Source: Octopus bimaculoides | Lineage: Eukaryota | Assembly: GCF_001194135.2 (NCBI RefSeq) | Contig: NC_069002.1 | Span: forward strand, 15,074,123-15,138,122 | Direction: 5' to 3' | DNA: 64,000 nt | Shown here: positions 25,901-39,826 of the stretch, piece after piece | How positions within the stretch are numbered: the stretch's first letter is position 1 | Layout of the letters: every line of letters starts with the position of its first letter | Made by a program: the position numbers and the translations under genes | Notes under the pieces: model-generated | What the model was told of the DNA's origin: nothing | What the model saw: the letters and a program-made list of their open reading frames with translations, nothing else | Database searches by the model: none

Positions 25901-28900
25901 CTTGCATTGGGTAGAAGACTGAATATTATTGGGGAGAGGACAAGTGACTTTATTGATCTTCAACATTTAACTCATTTCTATTTCATTGGACCACCCCACC
26001 TGAAGAACAATATTGATGATGATGATAATGATGGCACTGGTGATGGAGCCAGAGATGATAATAATAATAATAATAATAATGATGATGAGGAGGATTAGAA
26101 GAAGAAAGAGAATGAATTACTTACTGGTGATGTATAGTTACTATCAAATTCAAAATGTACTTTCTCTTCAGGTGCAATGCATTTGGCTGGCATAATACTT
26201 TCTTCAATTAACTTCTCAGTGATATCTACTCCTGAAATAAGAATATACAAACACTTAGATATGTACAAATAGCATATGTGCATGCACACACAAACACACA
26301 CATGAACACATGCACATATGCACATACACATGCACACACCTATTTAAATAAAATCTCAAATGATATTCCATCAGTACAATCCAAATGATGGCAGTCTACA
26401 TTATTCTATAAAGAGCACAGGGCTGGTTTCCTGGTTTCTCTGGTAAATACATTCTTCCTCGATGGAACGACAGTCTGTAATGGGATTTGTTTGATTCTTT
26501 TTTTTTTTTTTTTCAGTCATTTGACTGCAGCCATTCTGGGACACTGCCTTGAAGGGTGTTACTCGAAGAAATTGACACCAGGACTTATGCTTTGTAAGCC
26601 TAGTACTTATTCTATCATTCTCTTTTGCTGAACTGCAAAGTTACAGAGACATAGATATACCAGCGTCAGTTGTCAAACGATGGCAAGGAGACATAAACAC
26701 ACGCACACGCACACACACACACAGTAACAACCAAAACCTATCTCAGTTACAATTATTTCTTGTTAACATTTGAAGCTCATTAAAATACATACTTTCACCA
26801 ACTTAATTACTAATTTATTACATTAGAACAAGGCCACATATTTACTGATAAGATTGAGTCAATCTAATCAAAGAAGGAAGGGGAAAGAGGAGGAGGAGGA
26901 GGGCAGGGGAAGAAAGAGGGGAGGGAAAGAAGAAGCTGTTCCCACTAGCATAGCTGGTGGTGGGGTAGGGGCGGCCTGCTCCAGGTGGCACTTTTAAAGG
27001 CAATATATGTTTTTTGTGGGTTCTGGGGGTGGCAAATGGAAAGGCTGCCCCAGGTGGCACACACTCTAACTATGCTAGTGGCTGTTCCTCTAACAGTTTT
27101 GGGACTTTGAATACTGAACATTGAAATTAAATACAGTCGACCATTTAGTTTAGTTTACTTCCAAAGCTCTTGTCCATCACATTTCAGTTAACAAATTGGG
27201 TCTTATTTGCATGTGTGTATTGTGGTGTTAGAAAAATTCCATCAAGATCTTGCATGTTGTAAATGGATTTCTCTCAGATTTCACAGCCAATATTCAATTG
27301 TTTGATCAACAAAATTACTGACTCATTGAATTAACATTTCAGTAATTAAGTCTACCGCATATAAATATGTACCTCAAATGAATTGAGTTATTCAATCACC
27401 TGAATTAGCTGCTCATTGAATTAATTAACATGTAAGTGTCTGAGTATTCCACAGTGGCCTCTGGATTGATAGGAGGAAGAGTGGAAGATATCTTCAAACT
27501 CAATACCTAGCCCCACACCTTGGCAGTATGTCTGCAATAAACTGGATTGCAGTCAGCGCAAGCAGAGTATCAGTCAGTGGTGTTAAAGTGCACAACAGAT
27601 CAAGTCTACTAACCAATGAGGTCATGGTGCGATTTAAGCCCATAATACAGAGCCAGGACAAATACTGCAAGGTCTCTTCCCTGACATTTTAATCCTTCTG
27701 AGAGTTCACCTCATAGACAGTTATTTTAATTAGCAACTTCAAAAGGATGAAAGCAAGGTTCACTATGGTAGGATTTGAACTTGGAGTCCTAGATTCCAGA
27801 ATAAATATTGCAAAACATTCTATTTTATGCTCTAACAATTGCTAAGTCACAGTAAAATTCCTTCTTAACCATTTAGCATTTGAACTGACTACATCTGGCC
27901 AAATATTCTCCCTGTTTTATGGTCTAATTGGCTAGATCCAGCCTCTCACACCTACCCTACAATGTCAATCTAAGAATAAACAATCACATCATCAAAATTT
28001 TGAAGCCAGAAGATAATGTATGATTAATTCAAAACAATTTGAATAAGGAAGCATTACATTTGACAGAATAGTCTCTTTACTCTTCACTCTTTTACTTGTT
28101 TCAGTCATTTGACTGCGGCCATGCTGGAGCACCGCCTTTTAGTCGAGCAAATTGACCCCAGGACTTATTCTTTGGAAGCCTAGTACTTATTCTATCGATT
28201 TCTTTTGCTGAACCACTAAGTTACGGAGATGTAAACACACCAGCATCGGTTGTCAAGCAATGGGGGGAGAGGTCAAACACAGACACACAAACACACATAC
28301 ATATATATACATATATATGGCGGGCTTCTTTCAGTTTCTGTCTACCAAATCCACTCACAAGGCTTTGGCCGGACCAAGGCTATAGTAGAAGACACTTGCC
28401 CAAGGTGCCACGCAGTGGGAATGAACCCGGAACCATGTGGTTGGTAAGCAAGCTACTTACCACACAGCCACTCCTGCGTCTGAGTGCTAAAGGGTTAATC
28501 TTCATTTTTTTTATATATCTGAAACATGAAGGAATGAAGAGAAAACCACAACAAACCTTTGCCTTTCTTCTTCTTTATGTTATTGTATTTGCTTAGATGT
28601 TGGCATGTCATCTTATCATAGTCAACTCCACACTTGGCAGCCTGTTTCTGGTTACACTGGCAGAAAACTTGCCCTGTTGGTGTTTTAGTTTTGGTGGGAC
28701 AATAGCCATCATACAATGACTCATTACGTTTCACTCTGCAATTCAATTAAAATAAAATTTGAGATACAAAAAATAGCCCGTAAATAGTGAATAGTTACAA
28801 GTGTATCTTGGCTGTGTCAAGACAGTCATTTAAATACACACTTACTGTTATATTCGTCTTTGTTTTATTCTATAATAGTGTGAATGTCTTTTGTCTTCCA

Positions 28901-29007
28901 TCTACAACCTGATTAGTGATATGATATTCAAATGAGATACAATAGTTTAGAGTTTCATTGATCAAGGCATTGGTATACCTTGAAAGACTTTGACAGTTAA
29001 TGTCATA

Positions 29008-29058
<51 letters not shown>

Positions 29059-29068
29059 NNNNNNNNNN

Positions 29069-29112
<44 letters not shown>

Positions 29113-30240
29113 TGTTAAGTATGTGAGTGTCTGTATACACAGTTAATACCGAGGAATGCTATCCTTGACTCTACCTTAGTGCCTTTGTTTTTAAAATACC
29201 TTGATTCTATCAATTCCTGAAAATAATTATACATATACATACATATATGATTATATATAGTCAGACAATAGATGAGAGCTGGTATATATGCTCAGTATGG
29301 AAAGCAGAAAGTAGTGCTCAAAGGATTTGAACTCAAACTCTGAATTCTTCATCCAGAGCAAGGCTCACTTCATCAAGAATGGATATACATATAGTTGTCT
29401 AAGAATCCATAAATCAGAAAAAATATGAATTTATACACTTGCCAATAGAGATATAAGTTCATTTTGCTCAAACTTACCAATTGCTTTCACACTGGGTTTG
29501 GTTAAATAACATCATGTGCTCTTCAGTGATGGAAGGTACTTTTTCTGTATTTACCATCTCTGAAGAGCATGTTGTGTTCTCTTATATCTAGTTATTTAAT
29601 ACGCAGTGTGAATTTAGTTGGTAAGATTTGCTAAAATGAATCTCTAATGCTGTATACAATGACTTTTATGGTCAAAGTCTTTCTAGCCTTGAGTATGCCA
29701 CCTTTTTGGTATGTCCAGTATAATAGTATTCCTTGTGGCCTTCTTTGATATAAAGCAGAAGCCTGCAGATGATCCCTCTAAGGGGGATTTGGTTATTTCT
29801 AACAGTTCAAACAACTGCAGAGAGGCTTCAGTCATTGTAGAGATTTCTCTTGTTGGAGACACTTACTTTATGGCAGTGTCTACAATGCATCCCGTATAGA
29901 GATGGATGGCCTAGTTGTTAGGGTGTTGCACTCACAATTACAAGATTGTGGTTTCAATTCATGGATGGAGTGGTGCATTGTGTCCTTGAGCAAAACATCT
30001 CACATTGGTCTGTAATAATTTTGAACCTGATGTACAGTATATCGTGCACCTGTTATGGCAACATCAATTTGATGAAAAGAGTGAGGTAATGTACAGCACA
30101 TCCATTTGATTACTATAAGCAAAAGATTTGTGCAGGTTGTTTAACAATAAATTGCAAAACTGCTTTTCTTGGACTACGAGAGGAGACTACCTTCATATGA
30201 ATTCCCTCCTATCAATTATAAAACCAAAAATCATTTTGAA

Positions 30241-30299
<59 letters not shown>

Positions 30300-33200
30300 C
30301 AGAAAACACAACTGGTTTTCTAAAATGTTTGGGTTGCATGAAGAAAGGATTTTGAATTTCAAAACTACCTCCAGCTGAGTGAAAACTCTTTGGGTCTTTT
30401 TGTTTTAAAGTTTATAATTTTTCCATCACTTGTAAGTAAATCATTTGTTTTGTCATCATCAAATGTTCCACAAAGACCTGAAATAAAAATAGAAATAATT
30501 GATTCGCAATAAAAATAATTAATTCATTAAAATGTTTGGTCCTCATACACTGTGTCCTTCCCACCCATCCTTTCCTTCAAAGGTAAATTTGAAATTGTAT
30601 GCCGTATGGAGTTAATTGTATATTACAGTATATTATATATCAACTGTTTATACAGTATCTTATTATAATATATATGTATGTATATGTGTCGTAAAGTGGG
30701 TTCCTGCCACTGGTGTAATGTGTGACTGCCATTATACTGTAGTTGCTGTTTTATGCAAGAGCCATAATAGTTACTAGTTATCAGATACTGCTGTATCTCT
30801 TCATACTAATACACTAACTTCTGTCTTAATATCACTGATAGCTCCATAAGACACTGACTAGAACTGTTGACTCTCAACTCTGACTCTTGACCCTCTCTTG
30901 ATGACCAACTACTGGTGTATTTATAATGGCTCATACCTACCACTTTTTACTGGGAGGGGTATACAGTTTCATTATACAACATCTCCCCTTTTAATTATTT
31001 TACTTAATGGCCTCTTTTTCTTTTTTTTTTATATACTCAATATCTTTTCTTCTTGGGGGTCTACTTTCAGGAATTCAGTGTTCTTCCTTTTCCTTTTACA
31101 CGTAGTTTCGACTTCTTGTAACAGTGTTGGAACCTGAAAAGTATCATATAGCCAATCCATGGGTATTTCTACTCTTGTTAGTTCCTTTTCTATGACTCTT
31201 TCCTGAAGCTGATTTCTATATCTCCTTTCCAGTCCATTTCTGCTTCTTACACTATACATCATTCTTCCTATGTATATTACAATTTCTCCTTCTTCCCAGT
31301 ATTGCTTACCATTTTTGTACATTCTTACATATACCTTATCACCAATTCTAAAGAATTTTGGCATGTCTCTACTAGCATGTATTTTTTCTTTTACTGGTAA
31401 CAGTTTGGTGAACTTCCTTCTGGTACATTTGGGTTTGGAGTTACCCTGTATACCCTTAAGAATTTTTGGATTGTGACTTCGTCCATGGCTTCCTTATTAG
31501 TTCTCTTTAATCTTCTCTTAAAAGTATCTACAAACTGCTTGGCCCTTCCATTTGATCTAGGGTGATACAGTGCTATAGTTTTATGTTATAATGTGAACTT
31601 CTCACAGAATCTTTTAAACTCACAGGATACAAACTGTGTTCCGTTATCAGAGACATTTATATCCAGTACACCAAATCTTGTGAACAGCTCATTTAAGAAG
31701 TTTATTACTGCATGTGAGGTTGGTCATTTACACCTTGCAGCCTCAGGTCATTTTGTGTAGCTGTCCACTACTATTAAGAAATAATATCCATTTACCGGGC
31801 CTGCAAAATCTATATGCAATTGGGACCATGGTACTTTCACTTCTAGTATAAATCTAATGTGTATGCCAACCAATGAGATGTCTTCAGGTGTAAACTTAAT
31901 AAGTAAACCAACCAGTGAGCTGCCTTTAGGTATAACTTATTATGTGCAAAAGGCAATCAGCAGTCTATTTATAAACAAGATGAGTACAGCAGCCAATCAA
32001 ATAACACCAGTAATATAATATCTATGACATATAGAAAGAAAGTCAAAGGTCTATAAATAAAACATTTCACTCACCCACAGTGTGTTCAAAATCTGCAGCT
32101 GATGCCTTAAACCAAACATTGAGGAAGTGACTGGAACGGCTGTTGGAATTCTGGACAGTAACTTGTCCCCCAGTCGGAAGGTAAACCTAAGGTATGGAAA
32201 GCAAATGAAATCATTGAGAGTGTTTTGCTAAGGTAATCTCTATAGATTTTCTAAGTGATGTAAGAGCACTGCTAACACAGTAGAACATGATATTGACTTA
32301 TAAAACCATTTAATATAGTTTGTAGTATATTGTGGTTGCATAACAAAATACCATGTCCTTGCAAGTCATTGAGAGTGTTTAATGTTTATCTTTTATCTTT
32401 TAGTTGTTTCAGTCATTTGACTGCAGCCATGCTGGAGCACCACCTTTAGTTGAACAAGTCGACCCCAGGACTTATTCTTTGTAAGCCTAGTACTTATTCT
32501 GTTGGTCTCTTTTGCTGGACTGCTAAGTTACGGGGACATAAACACACCAACAACGTTTGTCAAGCGATGGAGGGGGTACAAAATCCACACACATGTACAC
32601 ACACACACACATGCATATACGATGGGCTTCTTTCCGTTTCCCTCTACCAAATCCACTCACAAAGTTTTGGTTGGCCTGAGGCTATAGTAGAAGACATTTG
32701 CCCAGGGTGCCACGTAGTGGTTTAATTTACTTTTCTGGTATAGGTAGGGCACTTTTTTCTAGGCTGTGGTTTATAGATTATATATTATTATTAATTATGT
32801 ATTATTATAGATTATATATTATCATAGATTATATATTATGTATTATTATAAATTATGTATTATCATAGATTATATATTATCATAGATTATATATTATTGA
32901 TTGTATATTATTATAGATTATGTATTATTATAGATTATATATTATTATAGATCATATATTATCATAGATCATATATTATCATAGATCATATATTATCATA
33001 GATTATATATTATCATAAATTATATATTATCATAGATTATATATTATCATAGATTATATATTATCATAGATTATATATTATCATAGATTATATATTATTA
33101 TAGATTATGTATTATTATAGATTATGTATTATTATAGATCATATATTATCATAGATCATATATTATCATAGATCATATATTATCATAGATTATATATTAT

Positions 33201-34357
33201 CATAGATTATATATTATCATAGATCATATATTATCATAGATTATATATTATCATAGATTATATATTATTGATTATATATTATTATAGATTATGTATTATT
33301 ATAGATTATATATTATTATAGATCATATATTATCATAGATCATATATTATCATAGATTATGTATCATTATAGATTATATATTATTATAGATTATATATTA
33401 TTATAGATTATATATTATGATAGATTATATATTATTATAGATTATATGTTATTATAGATTATGTATTATGATAGATTATATATTATTATAGATTATATAT
33501 CATTATAGATTATATATTATCATAGATTATATATTATTATAGATTATATATTATTATAGATTATATATCATTATAGATTATATATTATAATAGATTATTA
33601 TTATATATTATGTATTATAATAGATCATTATCATTATTATAGATTATGTATTATTATGGCTGCCTAACAAAATACCATGTTCCTAAAAAATCATTGAAAG
33701 TGTTTTATGTTTGGTTTCTATTCTGGCAAAGGTGGGGCATTTTTTTAGGCTGTGGTTTATAGATGGCACTCTCTCTGCTGTAACCATTTTAGACATTTCT
33801 TCTAACATATAGGGACTCTGTGTTGCTATTCTCAAACTGAGATAACATACGGCAATTGGAAAGCCATTGAAATACTTAATAAATTATTTTTGATAATAAA
33901 CACGAGACATTTATTTGTATCAAGACTGAGTTGAGCATATAAAGTCAACATTGTTGACTTTGTGTGTGTATATGTGTGTGGGGTGGCGTGTGTGTGTGGT
34001 GTGTGTATTTGTGTGTGTTTGATGTTTGTGTGCTTATTTCTGTCTCCCTCTGTTCCCTGCTCTTTGAATTTGCCTCTCTCACTCTTTTCCTTGCTCCATA
34101 TACACATCTATTCTCTCTCTCTTATTTGTCTCTCTTTCTCTCTTATTTCTCTCTCTCTCTCTTATTTCTCTCTCACTCTCTTATTTCTCTCTCTCTCTCT
34201 CTCATTTCTCTCTCTCTCTCTCTCTCTAATTTGTCTTTCTCTCTCTTTCTTATTTGTCTCTCACTCTCTCTTTCTTATTTGTCTCTCACTCTCTCTCTCT
34301 CTCTCTCATTTCTCTCTCTCTCTTATTTCTCTCTCTCTCTTATTTCTCTCTCTCTCT

Positions 34358-34393
<36 letters not shown>

Positions 34394-37300
34394 CTCTCTC
34401 TCTTATTTTTCTCTCTCTCTCTCTCTCTTATTTTTCTCTCTCTCTCTCTTATTTGTCTTTCTCTCTCTCTCTCCTCTTTGCTCTTTAAATAAATAGAAAG
34501 AAACAAAGAGACATATATATTTACCATATACTTTCGACCTCCATAAAGCTGTATTATTCTTGTCCCTTCTGTTAGTTCATCGTTTAAGTATAGTTTTACT
34601 GTTGTTGAGCCTTTCTTGGTCTTCTTTGTTGCTCCACACCGATCAATTACAATCACATCATCTCCAGACTGAATAGCTACGGCACAATTACATGATGCAT
34701 GTTTGTTGCAGCTTCTGTAGAAGGTATGTATCTAATGGACAGAAAACAGGTTCATACTTACTAAATGCACGAAGGAGCAAAACCCCTAAATCTATACACT
34801 TTATCTAAGACAAATCAGTTTTTGTGAACAATGCTTTGCTGGATGTGCAATGTCAGTATGCATGTACAACTACAGAGGTTCCATTAATGAACATGAAAAT
34901 AAAATGCTTTAAAAATTTGCATCTCATCCTCCTAAAAAGGACTTAGTGTGAGATTTAATGAGAATTTGGCTGTTACTTCTAGCATATGAAATGTTTTAGT
35001 AGAAATTCTTCCATTGGTTCAATATTCAAACGGGTGTTTCATTTTGTAAATTGTAAAATTTTGAAGATATATCTTAGGTAGTTTCTTACCACATAAGGCA
35101 GGGTTGTATGCCTATAAAGAACAAATTCCCCTTCGTAGAAGTTGTTATAAAATCTGGAAAAAAAAAAGAAAGAAAAACAATTAGATAAACATTTTAAATG
35201 TAAATACAATTTATATAGATAGAAATATATCCTATAAAAGGATAGTTGTTGTTGGCACTCCGTCGCTTACGACGTCGAAGGTTCCAGTTATCTGATCAAC
35301 GGAACAGCCTGCTCGTGAAATTAACGTGCAAGTGGCTGAGCACTCCACAGACACGTGTACCCTTAACGTAGTTCTCGGGGATATTCAACGTGACACAGTG
35401 TGGCAAGGTTGATCCTTTGAATTACAGGCACAACAGAAACAGGAAGTAAGAGTGAGAGAAAGTTGTGGTGGAAGAGTACAGCAGGGTTCGCCACCATCCC
35501 CTGCCAGAGCCTCGTGGAGCTTTAGGTGTTTTTGCTCAATAAACACTCACGACGCTCGGTCTGGGAATCGAAACCGCGATCCTATGACCGCGAGTCCGCT
35601 GCCCTAACTACTGGGCCATTGTGCCTCCACAATAAAAGGACAAAACAATATACTAAAAGAAACATTTAGTCTGTTTCTTCCATTCCACGAGAATCTTAAT
35701 GCTTCTCCATTCTTAAGTATGTCACTCTATCTTAGTATGATCTTGAGCTGTTTGGTGCATTTCTTTTGGTTTTCTTGGCTTCTTTTTGCAACTTGAGATA
35801 AAAATAACTACTTTGGGAAGAATGTGTACATAATTAAACCTTACACATCAGTCGTTCTTTGGTAAACATGTCTTCAATATTGGAGCTCTTTGCTAACAAC
35901 AGGATTCTCTTGTTAGGTTTGATTATGCAGTTCTGCCACTTGCTCTCAAGTAGATGCCATAGGTGAAGGTTTCAAGATCCTGTATCTTATGTGTTGAGTC
36001 CCGATTTCATATCAATAGATAAAAGCAAGCCTCACCACTACTTTCAATGTACAGCCAGTTTGACATTGATGTCAAAGTCAACCCTTCATACAGAAATGTT
36101 ATCAAGTTGGCTTAATACAGTCTGTTCTCTATTTGTTTGTCAATTCAGAGGATGTTTGTGATGTAACAACTTTAGAAGTAACATGCTAACATTATATTAA
36201 CAAATATTAACAAATAATGTGTATGGATGAGGACTGTTGCATAAAGAAGTACCAAGCTCTAATTGTGGTGGGAACTTGTGGGAGGGGTGAACCCAGGAAG
36301 ATGTGGGACAAAGTGGTGAGAAAGGATCTTTGGATGCTGGGCCACACAGAGGGGATGACAAGGGACCAGAAGATGTGGTGATTTGCTGTACTTGATAAGA
36401 AATGTTAAGCTAAGTAAAAATCACTGACTTCCACACATACAGGCTTGTCCTTTCAGGTGCCGGTGCCACTTTAAAAGCACCCGTGCTGGTGCCACTTTGA
36501 TACATCTGTGCCAGTGTTGCATAAACGCAGTTGTCCCAGTGGCACATAAAAAGCACCCAGCACACTCTGCTAAGTGGTTGGCATTAGGAAAAACATCCTG
36601 GCGTAGAAACCATACCACAACTGACAGTTGGCGTTTGAACAGCTCTCTGCTAGTCAGCTCCATGTCAAACCATCCAACCCATGCCAGCTTGGAGAATGAA
36701 CGCTAAACGATGATGATGAGAATGATGAATATTTGTTGACATAAAAGATATTTGGTTTTGTAATGCCTTTCCTGTGGGTAAGCATGAATAACTGAACCAA
36801 AAGCATTGATAGGGGTTTAAATTTATTTAATGCTTGGTCATAGAAGGAAGGAGAATGTCTATGATTTTATTGTAAGGCCCCTGAGATTAGCAGGGGCTAT
36901 AAAGTGGTGGTGAGGGCTAAAGCATAACTCGTGAAATATACACAAACTGAAGATCTGGCTCAAATATTTGAAAGAGTCTGTTTTGCTAAAGGTATCCAAA
37001 AGCCAAATTTATGAAATGTTGGGCAATGGTGTTAACTACAACAGATTAAGTCTTCTGTCAACCAGAAAGGAAATATGCAGTGGTGTGAGTTTCACAATAG
37101 GAGTTTTGGGGTTGGTTTTTGACAATCCTCTGTAGTGTCTGTTTATCATCAGATAAACTAGTAACAAATGCATACCTCATACCTCATTACTGTTGAAAAT
37201 TGAATGAATGATACAAAATCAAACAGATGATAAAAGAATTGATGCTTTAACTGAGAATTAGTAAAAAAAGAAAATATAGCCAAGATTTCATCACAGACAC

Positions 37301-39775
37301 TAGCCTTCTTCAGAGTAGGGGTAAAAGAAACTGAAGCCCTCTAACAACAACTCCTACAAAATTTTGTTACATTCTTTAATAGCTTAAGAAGTTTCATCAC
37401 AATTTTTGTGTCTCCTTAGTCCTGCTCCAGTATGATTTTCAAATCAGTTTGTCACCACCTTTTATAACTTTTTTCTGCTGGAGAGCTACATAGACAGCAG
37501 GGCTACTAACATGTTCTTACAGATATAACAAGTTTAAATAAGAGCCTCAATAAAATAATGCTCCACATCTGAGATGCTGCTGCTGCTGGTATACATATTT
37601 GCATTGAAAAATAGGCCATCAGATGTGAAAGTACTCAGCATAAACAAACTCTTCCCAGGTGTATTACCCATACTCTCTCCTGCATTTATACCACTACTTC
37701 TCCTTAGAGCTGCCTAACCTAATACTAACACTACTCACACACATGTAATTCACTCATTTCTACTTCTGTTATCACCGTTAGGGAATCAACCCTTACCCTG
37801 CAGGTTCCTGAATTAACTACTGGGTTCAGTGCTTCCTGCTCTGAACATCAGCTCTTTGGGATTTCTTCTCAGCTCTGATTTTTCTGCAGTTGTCAACTTC
37901 TTAGTGTTTAACCCTTTTGACACATATCTAAGACCCCCACTCTTGGTTTTATGATGCAAATTCCTTGTTTTAAAGTGATCGAAATTAAAACCCCCAGTGA
38001 AATTTCATGTTGATATATTTTCTAAACACCAGATTAATAAGGACAAAGATAGTTTTTCTAAATTCTTCCTTATTTTTGAAATTACTTGAAACAAAGGCAG
38101 AGAATTTCAGCAGAAATATGGTATCAAAAAGATGAAAGAAATCATTAACCAAATTGATTTCTTTAGTATCAGTAGGGTGAAAAAGGCCACAGTTTCTTTT
38201 CTCATGTAGTTCCCAGTTTGGGATCCCCAAAAGGACAATTGAAGATCTGTGAACTTAATTGGATGTAATTATTCAGATCCATATATCTTTTAACTGGGAG
38301 ATAAAACTGAGAAAATGAAATGACAAACATTCATAAACCTGGGGGCTATGAAAAAATTTATTTAAATAAAAGGAGTTTTTGAGAGAGAATAAAAGATTGA
38401 AAAGTGTTGCCCTAAACTAAAGAATTAAGGAAAAAATATACACATAAAAGCAATAAAATTAAATATGTTAATCTCCTCCATGGATGATGAAAATAATGGA
38501 ATTTTATCGACTTACTTTCCATCAAAGGTTGTCATATGGGGATCATTGATTGATCGGCAAAGGGCATGCTTATCTCGATCTATGATTGTTACCTGATAAA
38601 AAAATAAAAAATAAAACAATATAAATAGAAATTATTAATAAATATAATACTTAGAAATTTCAGCTCTTTTCGTGACAGAGGGCTAAACACAGAGGGGAAA
38701 AACAAGGATCGACAAAGGGATTAAGTCGATTACATCAACCCCAGTGCGTAACTGGTACTTATTTAATCGGCCCCGAAAGGATGAAAGGCAAAGTCAACCT
38801 CAGCGGAATTTGAACTCAGAACATAATGGCAGACAAAATACCGCTAAGCATTTTACTTGGCACCCTAACGATTCTGCCAGCTTGTATTTAGGCAGTGAGT
38901 TACATTTTCCAGTGCCCCAATAATTACAGGTATAAAGCTGAACTTGTAATCTAGATAGAGTAATCTGTATGTATGTATGGATGTATATGTCTGTAGATGT
39001 CTGTGTGTAGTTTAGAAATGGTGATAAAAATTTGATAATGTGGATTTCTGTCTTCCACCAGACAAAACACTGTGTGGTTTCTTTTATAAATCAGGAAAAT
39101 CAAAGTGAAAAATCTTTGTCCACAGGAGTTGAACTCAGGATATCCATTTGTAGGGTCTAAGGCAGATGAAGGGACTGTGTCTATTGCTTCTGATGCACCC
39201 ACCAAGGCTGATAACATCAATGTGATTCTGCTTAAACTGGGGCAAACCAATGACTGCAGCTAAAATCAGTGGGTCAACATTTTGATGAGAAAAGACTGGG
39301 TTTGGTTGTTACTTTGGGGCCTGATGAAATTTGGATACAATAAGTGAGTTGAGTTTAAAATATTAATTCAGATACATTAATTGATATCAACACACCACTC
39401 CCTTAGTCACTGATACATCACTCCTTAATCAGAAAGATGTCACCCCTTTAGTGAGAGGGGACAATCAGTTTTATGAAACTAAGGTCATCACTGATGGATA
39501 TTTTATTGACCCTCAAGGAATAAAAGACAAAGTTGATGGCAGCAGTATTTACCCTTTACTCTCTTTTACTCTTTTACTTGTTTCAATCATTTGACTGCGG
39601 CCATGCTCGAGCACCGCCTTTAGTCGAGCAAATCGACCCCAGGACTTATTCTTTGGAAGCCTAGTACTTATTCTATCGGCCTCTTTTGCCGAACCGCTAA
39701 GTTACGGGGACGTAAACACACCAGCATTGGTTGTCAAGCGATGTTGGGGGGACAAACACAGACACACAAACATAT

Positions 39776-39826
<51 letters not shown>

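Noticed and set aside
28557-28580. Basic stretch IKKKKGK (and KKKS in A6) as a furin site
   Set aside because: It lacks R-x-x-R, so there is no support for furin cleavage.
33962-34496. Long Leu/Ser-rich ORFs
   Set aside because: Translation of the CT microsatellite.
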